Source: a bacterium (GTDB lineage: Bacteria > Zhuqueibacterota > Zhuqueibacteria > Residuimicrobiales > Krinioviventaceae). Taken from it: DNA of 64,000 bases. Below are positions 41,990-52,978 of the stretch, piece after piece (position 1 is the first letter of the stretch; every line of letters begins with the position of its first letter). The notes under the pieces are model-generated. The model was not told the origin of the DNA and did not search any database. It was given only the letters and a program-made list of their open reading frames with translations. The stretch lies in the NCBI GenBank assembly GCA_963675755.2, contig CAXXMD010000002.1, positions 448,001-512,000 of the forward strand. Direction: 5' to 3'. The position numbers and the translations under genes were made by a program.

Positions 41990-43141
41990 ATGGATTTTAT
42001 AACCATTGCAGATAAATTTAAAGATCATTTCAAATCTATCCCCAGAATCTTCAAAGCTCCAGGTCGTGTAAATCTTATTGGTGAACATGTTGACTATAAT
42101 GATGGTTTTGTATTACCTGTTGCCATTAATAATTATACAGCTGTTGCAATGACGCCACGCCAGGACCGAATGCTATGGATTTGGTCTGAAAGTATGAAAG
42201 AATTGAAAAAGATTGATCTGGATGAAATTACCCGGAAGCAAAATCATTGGAGTGATTATATTGCGGGTATAGCCAAATTATTAGAGCTGAATGGGATCAA
42301 GCTGACTGGCGCTAATCTTTTAATTGAAAGTGAAATACCAATAGGGGCTGGATTATCATCATCTGCTGCATTGGAAATGTCTGCATCTTTGGCATTATTA
42401 AATTCAGTTGATGCTGCTTTGGATTCTGTTAAACTCGCAAAACTTGGTCAAACTGTTGAAAATCAATTTGTTGGCACTAATTGTAGTGTAATGGACCAAT
42501 TTGTATCGGTACATGGGGAAAAAGATAAAGCACTTTTTCTGGATTGTCGTACATTAAATTATGAGTTGATTGCTTTGCCATCTGATGATATTAAAATTGT
42601 TATTTGTAATACACAGGTCAAACATGAACTCGGTGAATCTGAATATAACAAACGTCGCTCTGAATGTGATGCGGGTGTAAAAATATTTAAAAAATCTTTT
42701 GCAAATACAAGAGCACTTCGTGATGTTACAATAGATCAATTCAATGAAATTCAGGACCAAATGTTACCAAACATTAGAATGCGCTGCAGACATGTTATTA
42801 ATGAAATTGAGCGAACCCGTTTATGTGCTGATGCATTAAAGAAAAAAGATTTGATTACTTTTGGCAAATATATGTATGAATCTCATAACAGTCTTCGGGA
42901 TGATTATCAAGTAAGCTGTAGAGAATTGGATGTAATGGTTAACATTGCTGCAAAACAACCGGGTGTTCTAGGTGCCAGATTGACGGGTGTTGGTTTTGGA
43001 GGTTGTACTGTTAATTTGGTAAAAACACAAAATGTTGGTAGATTTTGTGAAGCTATATACACAAATTACAAAAAACAAACAGGTATTGAGCCTATTATTT
43101 ATATTTCTTCCGCGGCAAGGGGCGCAGCAGAATTCTTTTAG
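41990..43141 (+). CDS. galK: Galactokinase
   Basis: APGRVNLIGEHVDYNDG, PIGAGLSSSAA, MDQ, LDCR, GARLTG.GFGG. Confidence 0.93.
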   Translation: MDFITIADKFKDHFKSIPRIFKAPGRVNLIGEHVDYNDGFVLPVAINNYTAVAMTPRQDRMLWIWSESMKELKKIDLDEITRKQNHWSDYIAGIAKLLELNGIKLTGANLLIESEIPIGAGLSSSAALEMSASLALLNSVDAALDSVKLAKLGQTVENQFVGTNCSVMDQFVSVHGEKDKALFLDCRTLNYELIALPSDDIKIVICNTQVKHELGESEYNKRRSECDAGVKIFKKSFANTRALRDVTIDQFNEIQDQMLPNIRMRCRHVINEIERTRLCADALKKKDLITFGKYMYESHNSLRDDYQVSCRELDVMVNIAAKQPGVLGARLTGVGFGGCTVNLVKTQNVGRFCEAIYTNYKKQTGIEPIIYISSAARGAAEFF

Positions 43142-43280
43142 GTTACTACTATTTTACTTTTATCATTTCATCGGAATAATAAATATTATTAACCCGTTTT
43201 AATTTATAGAAATTTTGATTTCTTGGGGTGTTTATTATAATAACTAAATCTGTTTTTAAACAGATAAGGAGTTTTTTTTA

Positions 43281-45455
43281 ATGCAAATGATTCATATTGT
43301 ATCAAACAGGTTACCTACAAGTATAAGTAAAAAAAATAATAAACTTTCATTCAAGCCCAGCGCAGGTGGACTTGCAACCGGCTTGGGTTCACTTTACAAA
43401 AAGTATGATAGCTTGTGGCTTGGATGGCCCGGTATTATCCCAACCGATGATGATGAAAAAAATGAAATAAAGAAAAACCTGGTACAAGATAGAATGTCTC
43501 CGGTTTTTTTAGGGCAGGAAGATATTGAGAAATATTATGAAGGATTTAGTAATAATACAATTTGGCCCTTGTTCCATTATTTTACCCAATATACCCACTA
43601 TGATCAGGACCAATGGGATGCTTATGTAAAAGTAAATAGTATATTTTGTGACGAGTTGATAGATAAAGTACGTCGAGATGATATTATCTGGATTCATGAT
43701 TATCATTTGTTACTACTGCCTCAAATGATAAGAGAAAGAATTCCTGATGCTACCATTGGTTTTTTTCTACATATCCCTTTTCCTTCGTTTGAAATATTTC
43801 GCTTGCTTCCCTGGAGAAAGGAAATTCTGGCAGGCTTACTGGGAGCTGATTTAATAGGGTTCCATACTTTTGATTATGGCCGGCACTTTATGAGTGCGGT
43901 AACTCGTATTGCAGGCCATGAAGTGAAAATGAACCGCATTACCCATGAAGACAGGGTAACTCAGGTCGATTGTTTTCCTATGGGAATAGATTTTGATAAA
44001 TTCGCTGCAGCACCTAAAAAACAAGCTGTTCAGAGAGAAAAAAAGAAATTTTTAAAAAGACTTACTTCATCAAAAATTATTATATCTATTGATCGATTGG
44101 ATTATTCCAAAGGTTTACTGCAAAGATTAGAAGCGTATGATATGTTTCTTCGGGAGAATCCAGAATATCTGGAAAAAATTGTTCTCATCATGGTAGTCGT
44201 ACCTTCCCGTTCACAGGTTGTAAATTATCAAGATTTAAAACATCAAATAGATGAAATGGTAGGAAGGATCAATGGTGAACATGGTTCTGTCGGTTGGATC
44301 CCAATTGTCTATTTGTACCGTTCATTTTCTTTTAATGCACTTTCCGCATTATACAGCATTGCAGATATTGCATTAATAACCCCCTTACGGGATGGCATGA
44401 ACCTTGTAGCTAAAGAATTTATAGCCAACAAAAAAGATGATAAAGGTGTCCTGATTATGAGCGAGTTGGCTGGTTCTGCTGATGAATTGGGAGAAGCAAT
44501 ATTAATTAATCCTAATGATCAGCGTGATATTGTTGAAGCTTTGAAACACGCACTTGTAATGCCTGAAGAAGAGCAGATTAAACGTAATCTTGAAATGCAG
44601 CAGAAAATTAAGCGTTACAATGTTAAACGTTGGGCTGAAGATTTTGTTGAAAGACTTGTTCAGGCCAAAGAGCTTCAAAATTCTTTGAAAATTAAACAAT
44701 TGTCCGCAAATTCAAACCGTAAAATTGTCACATCATTTAAAGAAGCTGACAAACGGTTGATTTTTTTGGATTATGATGGTACGCTTGTTCCCTTTTTTAA
44801 AAATCCACTTGATGCAAAGCCAGATAAAGAATTATTGGAAATATTGACTGAATTGGCTTCAGATCCCAAGAATAATGTTGTTATTATCAGTGGTAGAAGT
44901 CAGGAAATTATTGAGGAGTGGTTCGGAGACCTTGAGATAAATCTGGTAGCTGAACATGGGGTATGGTTAAGAGAATTGGGACATACCTGGGAAATGATTG
45001 ATTCTTTATCACAGGATTGGAAAAAAGATATTAATCCGATCCTTGATCTTTATGTTGAACGAACCCCCGGTTCTTTTGTTGAAGAAAAAGGGTACTCGCT
45101 GGTATGGCATTATCGTAAAGCTGATGTTGGTTTAGGTGAACTTCGTGCAAGAGAGTTAACTGATACATTAAATTATTTTACTGGTAATCTTGATCTTCAG
45201 ATCCTTGAAGGAAACAAGGTGATTGAAATCAAAAACAGTGGTATTAATAAAGGCAGAGCTGCTATCAAATGGATCAACCGTGAAGAGTGGCCTTTTATAA
45301 TTGGCATAGGTGATGATTGGACAGATGAAGATTTATTTAGCGCAATGCCAGACCAGGCTTTTTCCATACGTGTTGGTTTTGTATCCACGTTGGCAAAGCA
45401 TAATATAAAATCCTATATTCAGGTTAGAAAATTATTGCGCGATATGATTGATTAA
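43281..45455 (+). CDS. Bifunctional trehalose-6-phosphate synthase/phosphatase (OtsA-OtsB fusion)
   Basis: [37 protein letters not shown]; [19 protein letters not shown]. Confidence 0.95.
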   Translation: MQMIHIVSNRLPTSISKKNNKLSFKPSAGGLATGLGSLYKKYDSLWLGWPGIIPTDDDEKNEIKKNLVQDRMSPVFLGQEDIEKYYEGFSNNTIWPLFHYFTQYTHYDQDQWDAYVKVNSIFCDELIDKVRRDDIIWIHDYHLLLLPQMIRERIPDATIGFFLHIPFPSFEIFRLLPWRKEILAGLLGADLIGFHTFDYGRHFMSAVTRIAGHEVKMNRITHEDRVTQVDCFPMGIDFDKFAAAPKKQAVQREKKKFLKRLTSSKIIISIDRLDYSKGLLQRLEAYDMFLRENPEYLEKIVLIMVVVPSRSQVVNYQDLKHQIDEMVGRINGEHGSVGWIPIVYLYRSFSFNALSALYSIADIALITPLRDGMNLVAKEFIANKKDDKGVLIMSELAGSADELGEAILINPNDQRDIVEALKHALVMPEEEQIKRNLEMQQKIKRYNVKRWAEDFVERLVQAKELQNSLKIKQLSANSNRKIVTSFKEADKRLIFLDYDGTLVPFFKNPLDAKPDKELLEILTELASDPKNNVVIISGRSQEIIEEWFGDLEINLVAEHGVWLRELGHTWEMIDSLSQDWKKDINPILDLYVERTPGSFVEEKGYSLVWHYRKADVGLGELRARELTDTLNYFTGNLDLQILEGNKVIEIKNSGINKGRAAIKWINREEWPFIIGIGDDWTDEDLFSAMPDQAFSIRVGFVSTLAKHNIKSYIQVRKLLRDMID

Positions 45456-45467
45456 GGAGAGAACATT

Positions 45468-46712
45468 ATGAAAACATTAGACGATTATAGGTATATCATT
45501 GGAGACGAACAGTTAGCAGCTATTTATCAAAATGCCAGAAAATTATATGGTAAAGAAATAATCCATATAAATTCAACTTTTATGGGTGGTGGAGTTGCTG
45601 AGATATTAACAAGTTTAACACCCCTGATGAATAGTGCGGGGATTTCAGCTGATTGGCGTGTTATTCATGGAAATATTGATCTTTTCAATATTACCAAGAA
45701 ATTTCACAACAGTTTGCAGGGAGATCCTATTAATCTTTCTGAAATTAAAAAAGAACTGTATATTCAGGCCAGTGAAAATTTTTCTGCATATGCAAATCTC
45801 GATTGTGATGCGGTTATTGTTCACGATCCTCAACCCCTGCCATTGATCCAGTTTTATCAGAAAAAGCAACCCTGGATTTGGCGTTGCCATATTGATCTAT
45901 CCAATCCGGATAAAGATTTATGGGAATTCTTGAAAGGTTTTATTCTGCGTTATGATATGACAATTCTCTCGCATGAACAATACAAAAAACAGGATTTACC
46001 TGTTATGCAGAAAATTATTCAACCTGTTATTGATCCGTTGACTTTGAAGAACAAAGAGTTGGATGATGATACCATAAATGAATATATCAGTAAATTCAAC
46101 ATTCCTACGGATAAACCTTTATTGACACAAATTTCACGCTTTGATAAATGGAAAGATCCTCTTGGTGTGATTGAAGTTTATAAAAAGGTACGTGAAGAGG
46201 TTGATTGCCGCTTGATATTGTGTGGAAGTATGGCATCTGATGATCCTGAGGGTATTGAAATTTATGAGATGGTTAATGAAAAACACAAAGATCTCATTGA
46301 TAGCGGTGACATTATTCTCATGACACTTGAAAATCACATCCTCGTAAATGTATTACAAAGGATTTCAACAGTTGTAATACAAAAGTCTTTACGAGAAGGA
46401 TTTGGACTTGTTGTTACCGAAGCATTGTGGAAAGAAAAACCAGTAGTTGCTTCTCGCATTGGTGGAATACCATTACAGATTGAGGATGGCGTTCATGGTT
46501 ATTTGCTTGATCCTTTAGACTTTGATGGATTTGCAGATCGCATTATTTATTTAATGAAAAATCCTGATAAAGCAAATGAAATGGGTAAAGCTGCTAAAGA
46601 ATATGTTAAAGAAAAATTCCTGATTACCCGTTTATTGAGTGATTATATGGATGTTTTAAGCCAGGAATTGGGTAATTACACATTGTGTTATTATACTCCT
46701 AATGGCAGATAA
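45468..46712 (+). CDS. treT: TreT-like trehalose synthase (GT4)
   Basis: HINST..GGGVAE, KKFHNSLQG, HDPQP, WRCHID, SRFDKWKDP, QKSLREGFGL. Confidence 0.85.
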   Translation: MKTLDDYRYIIGDEQLAAIYQNARKLYGKEIIHINSTFMGGGVAEILTSLTPLMNSAGISADWRVIHGNIDLFNITKKFHNSLQGDPINLSEIKKELYIQASENFSAYANLDCDAVIVHDPQPLPLIQFYQKKQPWIWRCHIDLSNPDKDLWEFLKGFILRYDMTILSHEQYKKQDLPVMQKIIQPVIDPLTLKNKELDDDTINEYISKFNIPTDKPLLTQISRFDKWKDPLGVIEVYKKVREEVDCRLILCGSMASDDPEGIEIYEMVNEKHKDLIDSGDIILMTLENHILVNVLQRISTVVIQKSLREGFGLVVTEALWKEKPVVASRIGGIPLQIEDGVHGYLLDPLDFDGFADRIIYLMKNPDKANEMGKAAKEYVKEKFLITRLLSDYMDVLSQELGNYTLCYYTPNGR

Positions 46713-46786
46713 AAACTATTTATTCTTAATTAAAAAAGGCTTACATTCTATTTCGTAAAAATGGATTTCTTTTTTGGATACTGATA

Positions 46787-47698
46787 ATGAATCGAATTTT
46801 TATTTATATGCTAAGCCTTTTTTTAATATTTACTGGCTGTCATAAATCTCAAGAAAAAACAACAACAAAGATTCAAATTGCTGCTTCAATTATGCCATTG
46901 GTTGATTTTGCGCAGCAAATAGGAGGGGAGCAGGTTGATGTATTTCAAATTATTCCTCCTGGTACCAATGCTCATACTTTTGAATTAACACCCCAGCTTG
47001 TTAAAGATATTGCTGGTGCTGACTTTGTAATACTGAATGGTTTGGGGCTAGAGTTTTGGGCCCAAAAACTTGACCAAATTATTGATCCTGAAAAAATTGT
47101 TGATACATCTGCAAACCTAGATATTCACAATCTACATGAAGGTCATCATCATCATGGTGAAATGAATGAAGATGATGACGATCATGAAATGCACGTGAAT
47201 CCCCATATCTGGTTAGACCCGGCCTTAGCAACACGACAAGTTATTATGATCAGGAACGCATTGATCGAAATTGATGAAAATCATAAATCTGATTATGAGA
47301 TCAGAACTGCTACATTATTAAAATCTTTGGATAGTTTATCGATTGCAATTTCCGATTCGGTTAATACCTGGAGTCAAAAACAGTTTATTTGTTTTCATCC
47401 TGCATGGGAATATTTTGCTGAACGTTTTGGTTTGATCCAGGCAGCTATAATTGAGCCTTCACATGGAATGGAACCGGGACCTGCAAAAATAGCAGAGATT
47501 GTAGAAACTGCCAAACGTATACAAGCAAAGGCAATATTTACAGAAGCTGAATTCCCGGATGTGTTGAGTAAAACAATAGCACGTGAAAGTGGAATTGTTA
47601 CCGTACCACTTGATCCCCTGGGAAGTACAAAAGGTATTAATACCTATATTGAATTAATGCATTATAATGTATTGCAAATGTCTAAAGCCTTAAAATAA
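46787..47698 (+). CDS. znuA: Zn/Mn ABC transporter substrate-binding lipoprotein
   Basis: Lipobox FTGC; AHTFE, His/Asp-rich loop, NPHIWLDP, FHPAW.YF. Confidence 0.88.
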   Translation: MNRIFIYMLSLFLIFTGCHKSQEKTTTKIQIAASIMPLVDFAQQIGGEQVDVFQIIPPGTNAHTFELTPQLVKDIAGADFVILNGLGLEFWAQKLDQIIDPEKIVDTSANLDIHNLHEGHHHHGEMNEDDDDHEMHVNPHIWLDPALATRQVIMIRNALIEIDENHKSDYEIRTATLLKSLDSLSIAISDSVNTWSQKQFICFHPAWEYFAERFGLIQAAIIEPSHGMEPGPAKIAEIVETAKRIQAKAIFTEAEFPDVLSKTIARESGIVTVPLDPLGSTKGINTYIELMHYNVLQMSKALK

Positions 47699-47705
47699 GT
47701 TCATT

Positions 47706-48527
47706 ATGGAAGAAATTAATAATACAGTAATATCTACAGAACATCTGTATGTAGCATATGAAGATAAATTGATTCTGGATGATATTACATTTGAAATTAA
47801 AAAAGGACAGTTTTGGGGTATCCTTGGTCCCAATGGATCGGGCAAGACCACATTGCTTGGTGCGTTATTGGGACTGGTAAAGCCATTGTCTGGTAAAATT
47901 AAAGTATTGGGGCATTCTCCTGATAAACTGGGTGCAAAACGTGATTTGTTGGGGTATGTACCTCAATATACCCAGGTTGATCTTAAATTTCCAATCAAGG
48001 TTAAAGATGTAGTACTGCTAGGACGTGCAAGAAAAATGGGTATAGGAAAACGCCCCGGAAAAGACGACTGGCAGGCTGTTGATAAAGCTCTCAATTTAGT
48101 CAATCTTCAAAATCTTGCAGACAGGCAAATCGGCAGGTTGTCGGGAGGAGAGAGGCAGCGTGTATTGATTGCCCGTGCTTTAGCACTAGAGCCCGAAATC
48201 TTGTTCCTGGATGAGCCTACAGCATCTCTGGATGTCGGAGCAACAGAAAGCTTTTATGAATGGCTTTATTCTATGTATAAAAATCTCAATATTACATTGG
48301 TTCTTGTTTCCCATGATGTTGGAGTAATATCTAAATATGTCGATTCGGTTGCGTGTTTAAATGGTCGTTTGGTTGCTCACGGTTTGCCTGAACAAATTTT
48401 GAATAACCATAATCTGGAAGATATGTACGGTTGTGATGCTGTGTTCTTTCATCATGGCAAAGTTCCCCATATTGTAGTTGCCGAGCCGGAATCTAAACCT
48501 TATATCAGGGGAAACGACGTTGATTGA
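47706..48527 (+). CDS. znuC: Zn/Mn ABC transporter ATP-binding protein
   Basis: GPNGSGKT, YVPQ, LSGGERQR, LDEP, SHD. Confidence 0.9.
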   Translation: MEEINNTVISTEHLYVAYEDKLILDDITFEIKKGQFWGILGPNGSGKTTLLGALLGLVKPLSGKIKVLGHSPDKLGAKRDLLGYVPQYTQVDLKFPIKVKDVVLLGRARKMGIGKRPGKDDWQAVDKALNLVNLQNLADRQIGRLSGGERQRVLIARALALEPEILFLDEPTASLDVGATESFYEWLYSMYKNLNITLVLVSHDVGVISKYVDSVACLNGRLVAHGLPEQILNNHNLEDMYGCDAVFFHHGKVPHIVVAEPESKPYIRGNDVD

Positions 48528-49362
48528 TTTATTTCAATATACTTTTATGCAGCGTGCTTTCGCCGCATCAACCATTACCGGCATTGTTTGCGCAGTTATC
48601 GGTGTATATGTTGTTTTGCGTGGGATGGCCTTTATTGGCGCCGGTATTTCACATGCTTCTTTTGCCGGTGTTGCTTTGGGTTTTGTATTGGGTATTAATC
48701 CATTCTTTACAACAATAGTTTTTTGTATTCTTACTGCATGGGGAATTGGCATTGTAAGTGATAAACAGCACGTTAAAGAAGATACGGCAGTAGGTATCTT
48801 TTTTGCTTCAACCATGGCTTTTGGTATTTTGTTGATTGGATTTATTAAAGGATATACCATTGATCTGTTTGGTTATATCTTTGGAAATATTTTAGCTGTT
48901 ACACAATTTGATGTTTGGTCAGGACTTGTACTTGCTTTGGTTGTTGTTGGTAGTGTTGTTTTCTTTTATAAAGAGTTTCTTTTTATCACATTTGATCCTG
49001 AAATGGCCAAAGTTACCGGACTCTCTGTACGGTTCTTTAATTTTTTAATGCTTACGTTGGTTTCGCTTACTGTCGTTATATCAATAAAGATTGTTGGTAT
49101 TGTTCTGGTCTCTGCATTGATTGTAACACCTGCCGCATCCGCATACCAATTGACTGAGGATTTCAAAAAAATGATGATTCTTGCAATTGTGTTTGGAGTT
49201 GTATCATCGTGGGCTGGTCTTTTATTTTCTGCTATATTTAACTTTCCATCCGGCGCTACTATAGTATTAACTGCAACTTTGATATTTTTTATAACATTTA
49301 CATTTTCACCCAAGCGCAAAAGCTTAAAATTACGAATGAAAAAACTCTTATCGAATAACTGA
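48520..49362 (+). CDS. znuB: Zn/Mn ABC transporter permease
   Basis: FMQRA, ISHASFAG, EDTAVG, LFGYIFGNIL; TTG start at 48520 overlapping the upstream stop. Confidence 0.88.
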   Translation: MIDLFQYTFMQRAFAASTITGIVCAVIGVYVVLRGMAFIGAGISHASFAGVALGFVLGINPFFTTIVFCILTAWGIGIVSDKQHVKEDTAVGIFFASTMAFGILLIGFIKGYTIDLFGYIFGNILAVTQFDVWSGLVLALVVVGSVVFFYKEFLFITFDPEMAKVTGLSVRFFNFLMLTLVSLTVVISIKIVGIVLVSALIVTPAASAYQLTEDFKKMMILAIVFGVVSSWAGLLFSAIFNFPSGATIVLTATLIFFITFTFSPKRKSLKLRMKKLLSNN

Positions 49363-49366
49363 GAAT

Positions 49367-50101
49367 ATGAAGCTAAAAATAACTACGATTTTTGATAATT
49401 ATACATTATCCGATGAATATAAAACTGAATGGGGATATTCCTGTATAATTGAATATGGTAATGAAATAATTTTGTTTGATACCGGTAATGATTCAAATAT
49501 ACTGCTTGAGAATATGAAAAAGCTGGGCTTTGATCCCCAGGATATTACCCAGGTTTTTATTTCACACATGCATTGGGATCATGTTGGAGGTCTCCTTGGA
49601 TTTCTTCAAGTAAATTCTAATGTAAGATTATATTTGGTAGCCTCTGCACTGGATGATGATATTAAATATATTAAACAATACGTGAAAAGCATTGTCTTGA
49701 TTGATTCCATAACCGAAATATTGCCTGGTGTTTATTCATTGGGTGATATGCCGGGATATCTAAATGAGCAAGCTTTGCTCGCAAAGGTTAAGAATGGTGT
49801 TGTTGTCATCACCGGATGCGCGCACCCCGGTATTGATTATATTTTGGATACATGCCAATCCATGTTTCCGGGGGAAACCGTAAAGTTGTTGATGGGTGGT
49901 TTTCATTTATTGCACGACAACCAAAATCAGGTTTCAGCGCATATTCAATATTTATTGCAATCTAATATAGGTCATATTTCACCCTCTCACTGTACCGGAG
50001 ATGAGCCAATTGAAGCAATTAAAAAAGCTTTTGGTGATAAATATCTTCAAGGTGGTGTAGGATTTTCAACAAATTTTGATATAGATGAGGTGGTATTATG
50101 A
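49367..50101 (+). CDS. MBL-fold metallo-hydrolase
   Basis: WGYS, LFDTG, SHMHWDHVGG, TGCAHPG, GGFHL, HCTG. Confidence 0.88.
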   Translation: MKLKITTIFDNYTLSDEYKTEWGYSCIIEYGNEIILFDTGNDSNILLENMKKLGFDPQDITQVFISHMHWDHVGGLLGFLQVNSNVRLYLVASALDDDIKYIKQYVKSIVLIDSITEILPGVYSLGDMPGYLNEQALLAKVKNGVVVITGCAHPGIDYILDTCQSMFPGETVKLLMGGFHLLHDNQNQVSAHIQYLLQSNIGHISPSHCTGDEPIEAIKKAFGDKYLQGGVGFSTNFDIDEVVL

Positions 50102-50457
50102 AAGTAAAACATTATACCGATATACCTGCCAAGGTTTTTGGCAGTGAAGCTCCTAATACATCTATCCGTGTTTTGATCAATGATGAAAATGATAATGCAC
50201 CTGTTTATAATCTAAGAATGATTGAAATAGGTGTTGACGGTAATACGCCAGATCACGCACATCCTTATGAACATGAGAATTTTGTTGTTGAAGGTAATGG
50301 TGCTGTAATGATAGATGGTACCTGGTATGACTTGAAAAAGGGAGATGTTGTGTTGGTTCCGGCAAACATTCGGCATCAATATAAAAACACAGGGAATTCT
50401 GTTTTTAAATTTCTTTGTGGAATTCCCAATGCCAAAATTCAGTCTATGCTTGAGTGA
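50098..50457 (+). CDS. Cupin domain protein
   Basis: TPDHAHPYEHE.F...G.G, GDVVLVP..I.HQY.N. Confidence 0.85.
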   Translation: MKVKHYTDIPAKVFGSEAPNTSIRVLINDENDNAPVYNLRMIEIGVDGNTPDHAHPYEHENFVVEGNGAVMIDGTWYDLKKGDVVLVPANIRHQYKNTGNSVFKFLCGIPNAKIQSMLE

Positions 50458-51838
50458 AAGATTTATAAAAATTTCTATCAACAGTATAAATAATCAGAGT
50501 GCTAACCAATCCCGGGAAAATAGGTTCAATAGCAAAAAGCGGTATAGTTTGCCCATATATTGGATTTAGTATAGTCCATCCTAAAGAAAAAAATGCTCCA
50601 GACATGATACATAGTTTTGCACCCAACGTACTCATTTTATACTTTGGGAAGAAACTGCTTACAACCGGAATTAACAATGCCGGGGTTGTAATAGAACCCA
50701 GTTGTTTCCACAATTCAATTACAGATTGACCATATATAGCCAGTCCTATAGAAAACAATGTAGAAATTACAAGCCCTATACGTGTATAGTATTGTATACT
50801 GTTTTCTTGCTTACCTGATAGTCTCCATAAATAATCACGCCCAATTGTCATAGCGGCTAATAGAGAATAACTGTCAACTGTCGACATGATTGTAGCCAAA
50901 AGGCCCGCAAAAAATAGCCCGGTTAATACAGGAGGTAATACATTGACTGCCAAATCAAGATAACTGGTAACCGGATTTGATAAATTAGGTAAAATAGCTT
51001 TGGCATAAAGTCCGGTCATGGTTGTAAGAAAATCAAAAAATATCCAAAAGATTACAGAGATTATAATTCCCTTTTTTACAACCGAAGGATGACGTGCGGC
51101 AAAACAACGTTGATAAAAAGCAGGTTCTACCAATGTTGACAGTGCAATAAAGAACCACATAATAATGTACATAGCTCCCTGGCCACCATGCCATAAAAAA
51201 TGGGTGGAAGGCAAATTTGTTTTAAGAAAATAGAATCCTCCATAATTCCGAAAACAAAAAGATAACAAGAGTATAAATCCTGCAAACATGAGTGAAAATT
51301 GTAAATAATCCGTTTTTACAACAGATCTGAACCCACCGGCAAAAACATAGATAAAACTAAACGATGCTCCTATGACAATACCTAACCAGAGTGGCCAATT
51401 GAAAAAGAATTGCAGTAATACACCCAGCATTAATACATATGCCGCAGGAGCAGTAAAGATAAAAACAAATAACGCACCCATCAAAGATACAGGTTTGTCA
51501 TAAGTCTTTTCCAACAATTGAGGGATGGTTAATAGTTGAGATGTCTGGACTTTTTTAGCAAGTATAAACGCAAATAATAAGGCTGCTGTATAATATGGTA
51601 CCCCAAATACAATCCAGTTCGATATGCCGTATAAATAAGAGAATTCACCTACACCTAAAATTCCTCCATACCATGTAGAAACAAGGGTCGCAACAAATGC
51701 CGGTAATGTTAATTGTCTGCCACCAAGCAGGAAATTATTTGCATCATTATTATCTTTTGAACGATAAAAAGCCAGCCCCAAAATAAATACAAATAAAAGA
51801 TAGAGTAGAATGATCAATGTATCTATTAAAGAAAGCAC
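50444..51838 (-). CDS. SSS-family sodium:solute symporter (substrate unknown)
   Basis: FLLGGR, TLVSTWYGG, KTDYLQ, YQRCFAA, ATIMSTVDS. Confidence 0.85.
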   Translation of the reverse strand: MLSLIDTLIILLYLLFVFILGLAFYRSKDNNDANNFLLGGRQLTLPAFVATLVSTWYGGILGVGEFSYLYGISNWIVFGVPYYTAALLFAFILAKKVQTSQLLTIPQLLEKTYDKPVSLMGALFVFIFTAPAAYVLMLGVLLQFFFNWPLWLGIVIGASFSFIYVFAGGFRSVVKTDYLQFSLMFAGFILLLSFCFRNYGGFYFLKTNLPSTHFLWHGGQGAMYIIMWFFIALSTLVEPAFYQRCFAARHPSVVKKGIIISVIFWIFFDFLTTMTGLYAKAILPNLSNPVTSYLDLAVNVLPPVLTGLFFAGLLATIMSTVDSYSLLAAMTIGRDYLWRLSGKQENSIQYYTRIGLVISTLFSIGLAIYGQSVIELWKQLGSITTPALLIPVVSSFFPKYKMSTLGAKLCIMSGAFFSLGWTILNPIYGQTIPLFAIEPIFPGLVSTLIIYTVDRNFYKSFTQA

Positions 51839-51919
51839 ATTATTTCCGGATTAGTTGATTGAAATGTTTAGAGAATGGTAAGAATTTTTAACAGGGAATA
51901 TGTTCCCCCAGTAAGGTGC

Positions 51920-52402
51920 TTATATGAATGTTTTAACAATTTCATTTTGAATTGTCTGCAAGTCTGAATAGGCTTTGTTAATTTCACTAATTTTGGATTG
52001 CAGTTTTTTCATCAGTTTTTGCTTCTCAAGACCATTACGAAAAATGATCAACAGATCATCATTGTCCCAGGGTTTTTCAATATATTGAAACAAGCCAACT
52101 TCATTAATTGCTTTGATAGCATTCTCTTTATCAGCATAACCTGTCAAGATGATTCTGGGTACTTCGGGTTTTACATCCCGAACTTTGGCTAAAAACGATA
52201 TTCCATCCATTTCAGGCATTAAATAGTCTGATACTACAAGATGTACATCATTTTCTTTGATATAATCCAGTGCCTCACTTGCCAAAGTAAAAGTTTTTAC
52301 CTGGTAATCTGTTTCCAACATGAGGAATGAATTCAAGCTTGAAAGTACAATTTCCTCATCATCAACAATTACTATACTTTCTTTTTCTGAACTTTTCTCC
52401 AT
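51920..52402 (-). CDS. Response regulator (REC + coiled coil, no DNA-binding domain)
   Basis: IVDDE, VSDYLMP, LTGY, IEKPW. Confidence 0.9.
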   Translation of the reverse strand: MEKSSEKESIVIVDDEEIVLSSLNSFLMLETDYQVKTFTLASEALDYIKENDVHLVVSDYLMPEMDGISFLAKVRDVKPEVPRIILTGYADKENAIKAINEVGLFQYIEKPWDNDDLLIIFRNGLEKQKLMKKLQSKISEINKAYSDLQTIQNEIVKTFI

Positions 52403-52509
52403 GATTTACTCCTGAAATATCCTATACAAATCAACCATGTTGTCAATTTATTATAACTTGAAAAGTAATAAATATTATTATCAATCTCAATAGTAAAATT
52501 TTGTTTTTT

Positions 52510-52968
52510 TTACTCTTGGTTCGTATTTTGATTGGTGGGAATGTCTATACGAACACGTCCTACAAGGCGACGTAATCGTTTAGACATGGTTTTAAGTACC
52601 CCTTGAGTAATACGGGTATGATCAGATAATAAATCATAAAAATCATCACGATCAATTCGAAGCAGATGAGTAGGTTCAAGTGTTTTTGCAGTTGCAACTC
52701 GAGGTTCATCATCAAAAAGGGCCCAGGTACCCATTACATCTTTTTTACCGGCATCCATGATTTTTTGTTCATTGTGGCTAACTCTCACAAGACCATCAAC
52801 AACAATATACAGCGCATCCGAGGGATCTCCTTCTTTATAGATCACATAATCTGCATCATAATTGTATTCTTCTGTAATTGCTGCAATAAAAGCCAGATCA
52901 CCTGTGGTTGTATTTTCAAATACATCAACTTCCTGAAGCAGCAATACTTTTTCAATGATTGTGAGCAT
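52510..52968 (-). CDS. Standalone cyclic-nucleotide-binding domain protein
   Basis: EKVLLLQ, IYKEGD..DALY.V.DG.V, PRVATA. Confidence 0.85.
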   Translation of the reverse strand: MLTIIEKVLLLQEVDVFENTTTGDLAFIAAITEEYNYDADYVIYKEGDPSDALYIVVDGLVRVSHNEQKIMDAGKKDVMGTWALFDDEPRVATAKTLEPTHLLRIDRDDFYDLLSDHTRITQGVLKTMSKRLRRLVGRVRIDIPTNQNTNQE

Positions 52969-52978
52969 ATTACCTCGT

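Noticed and set aside
47125-47200. His/Asp-rich low-complexity stretch
   Set aside because: Normal metal-capturing loop of ZnuA-type proteins.
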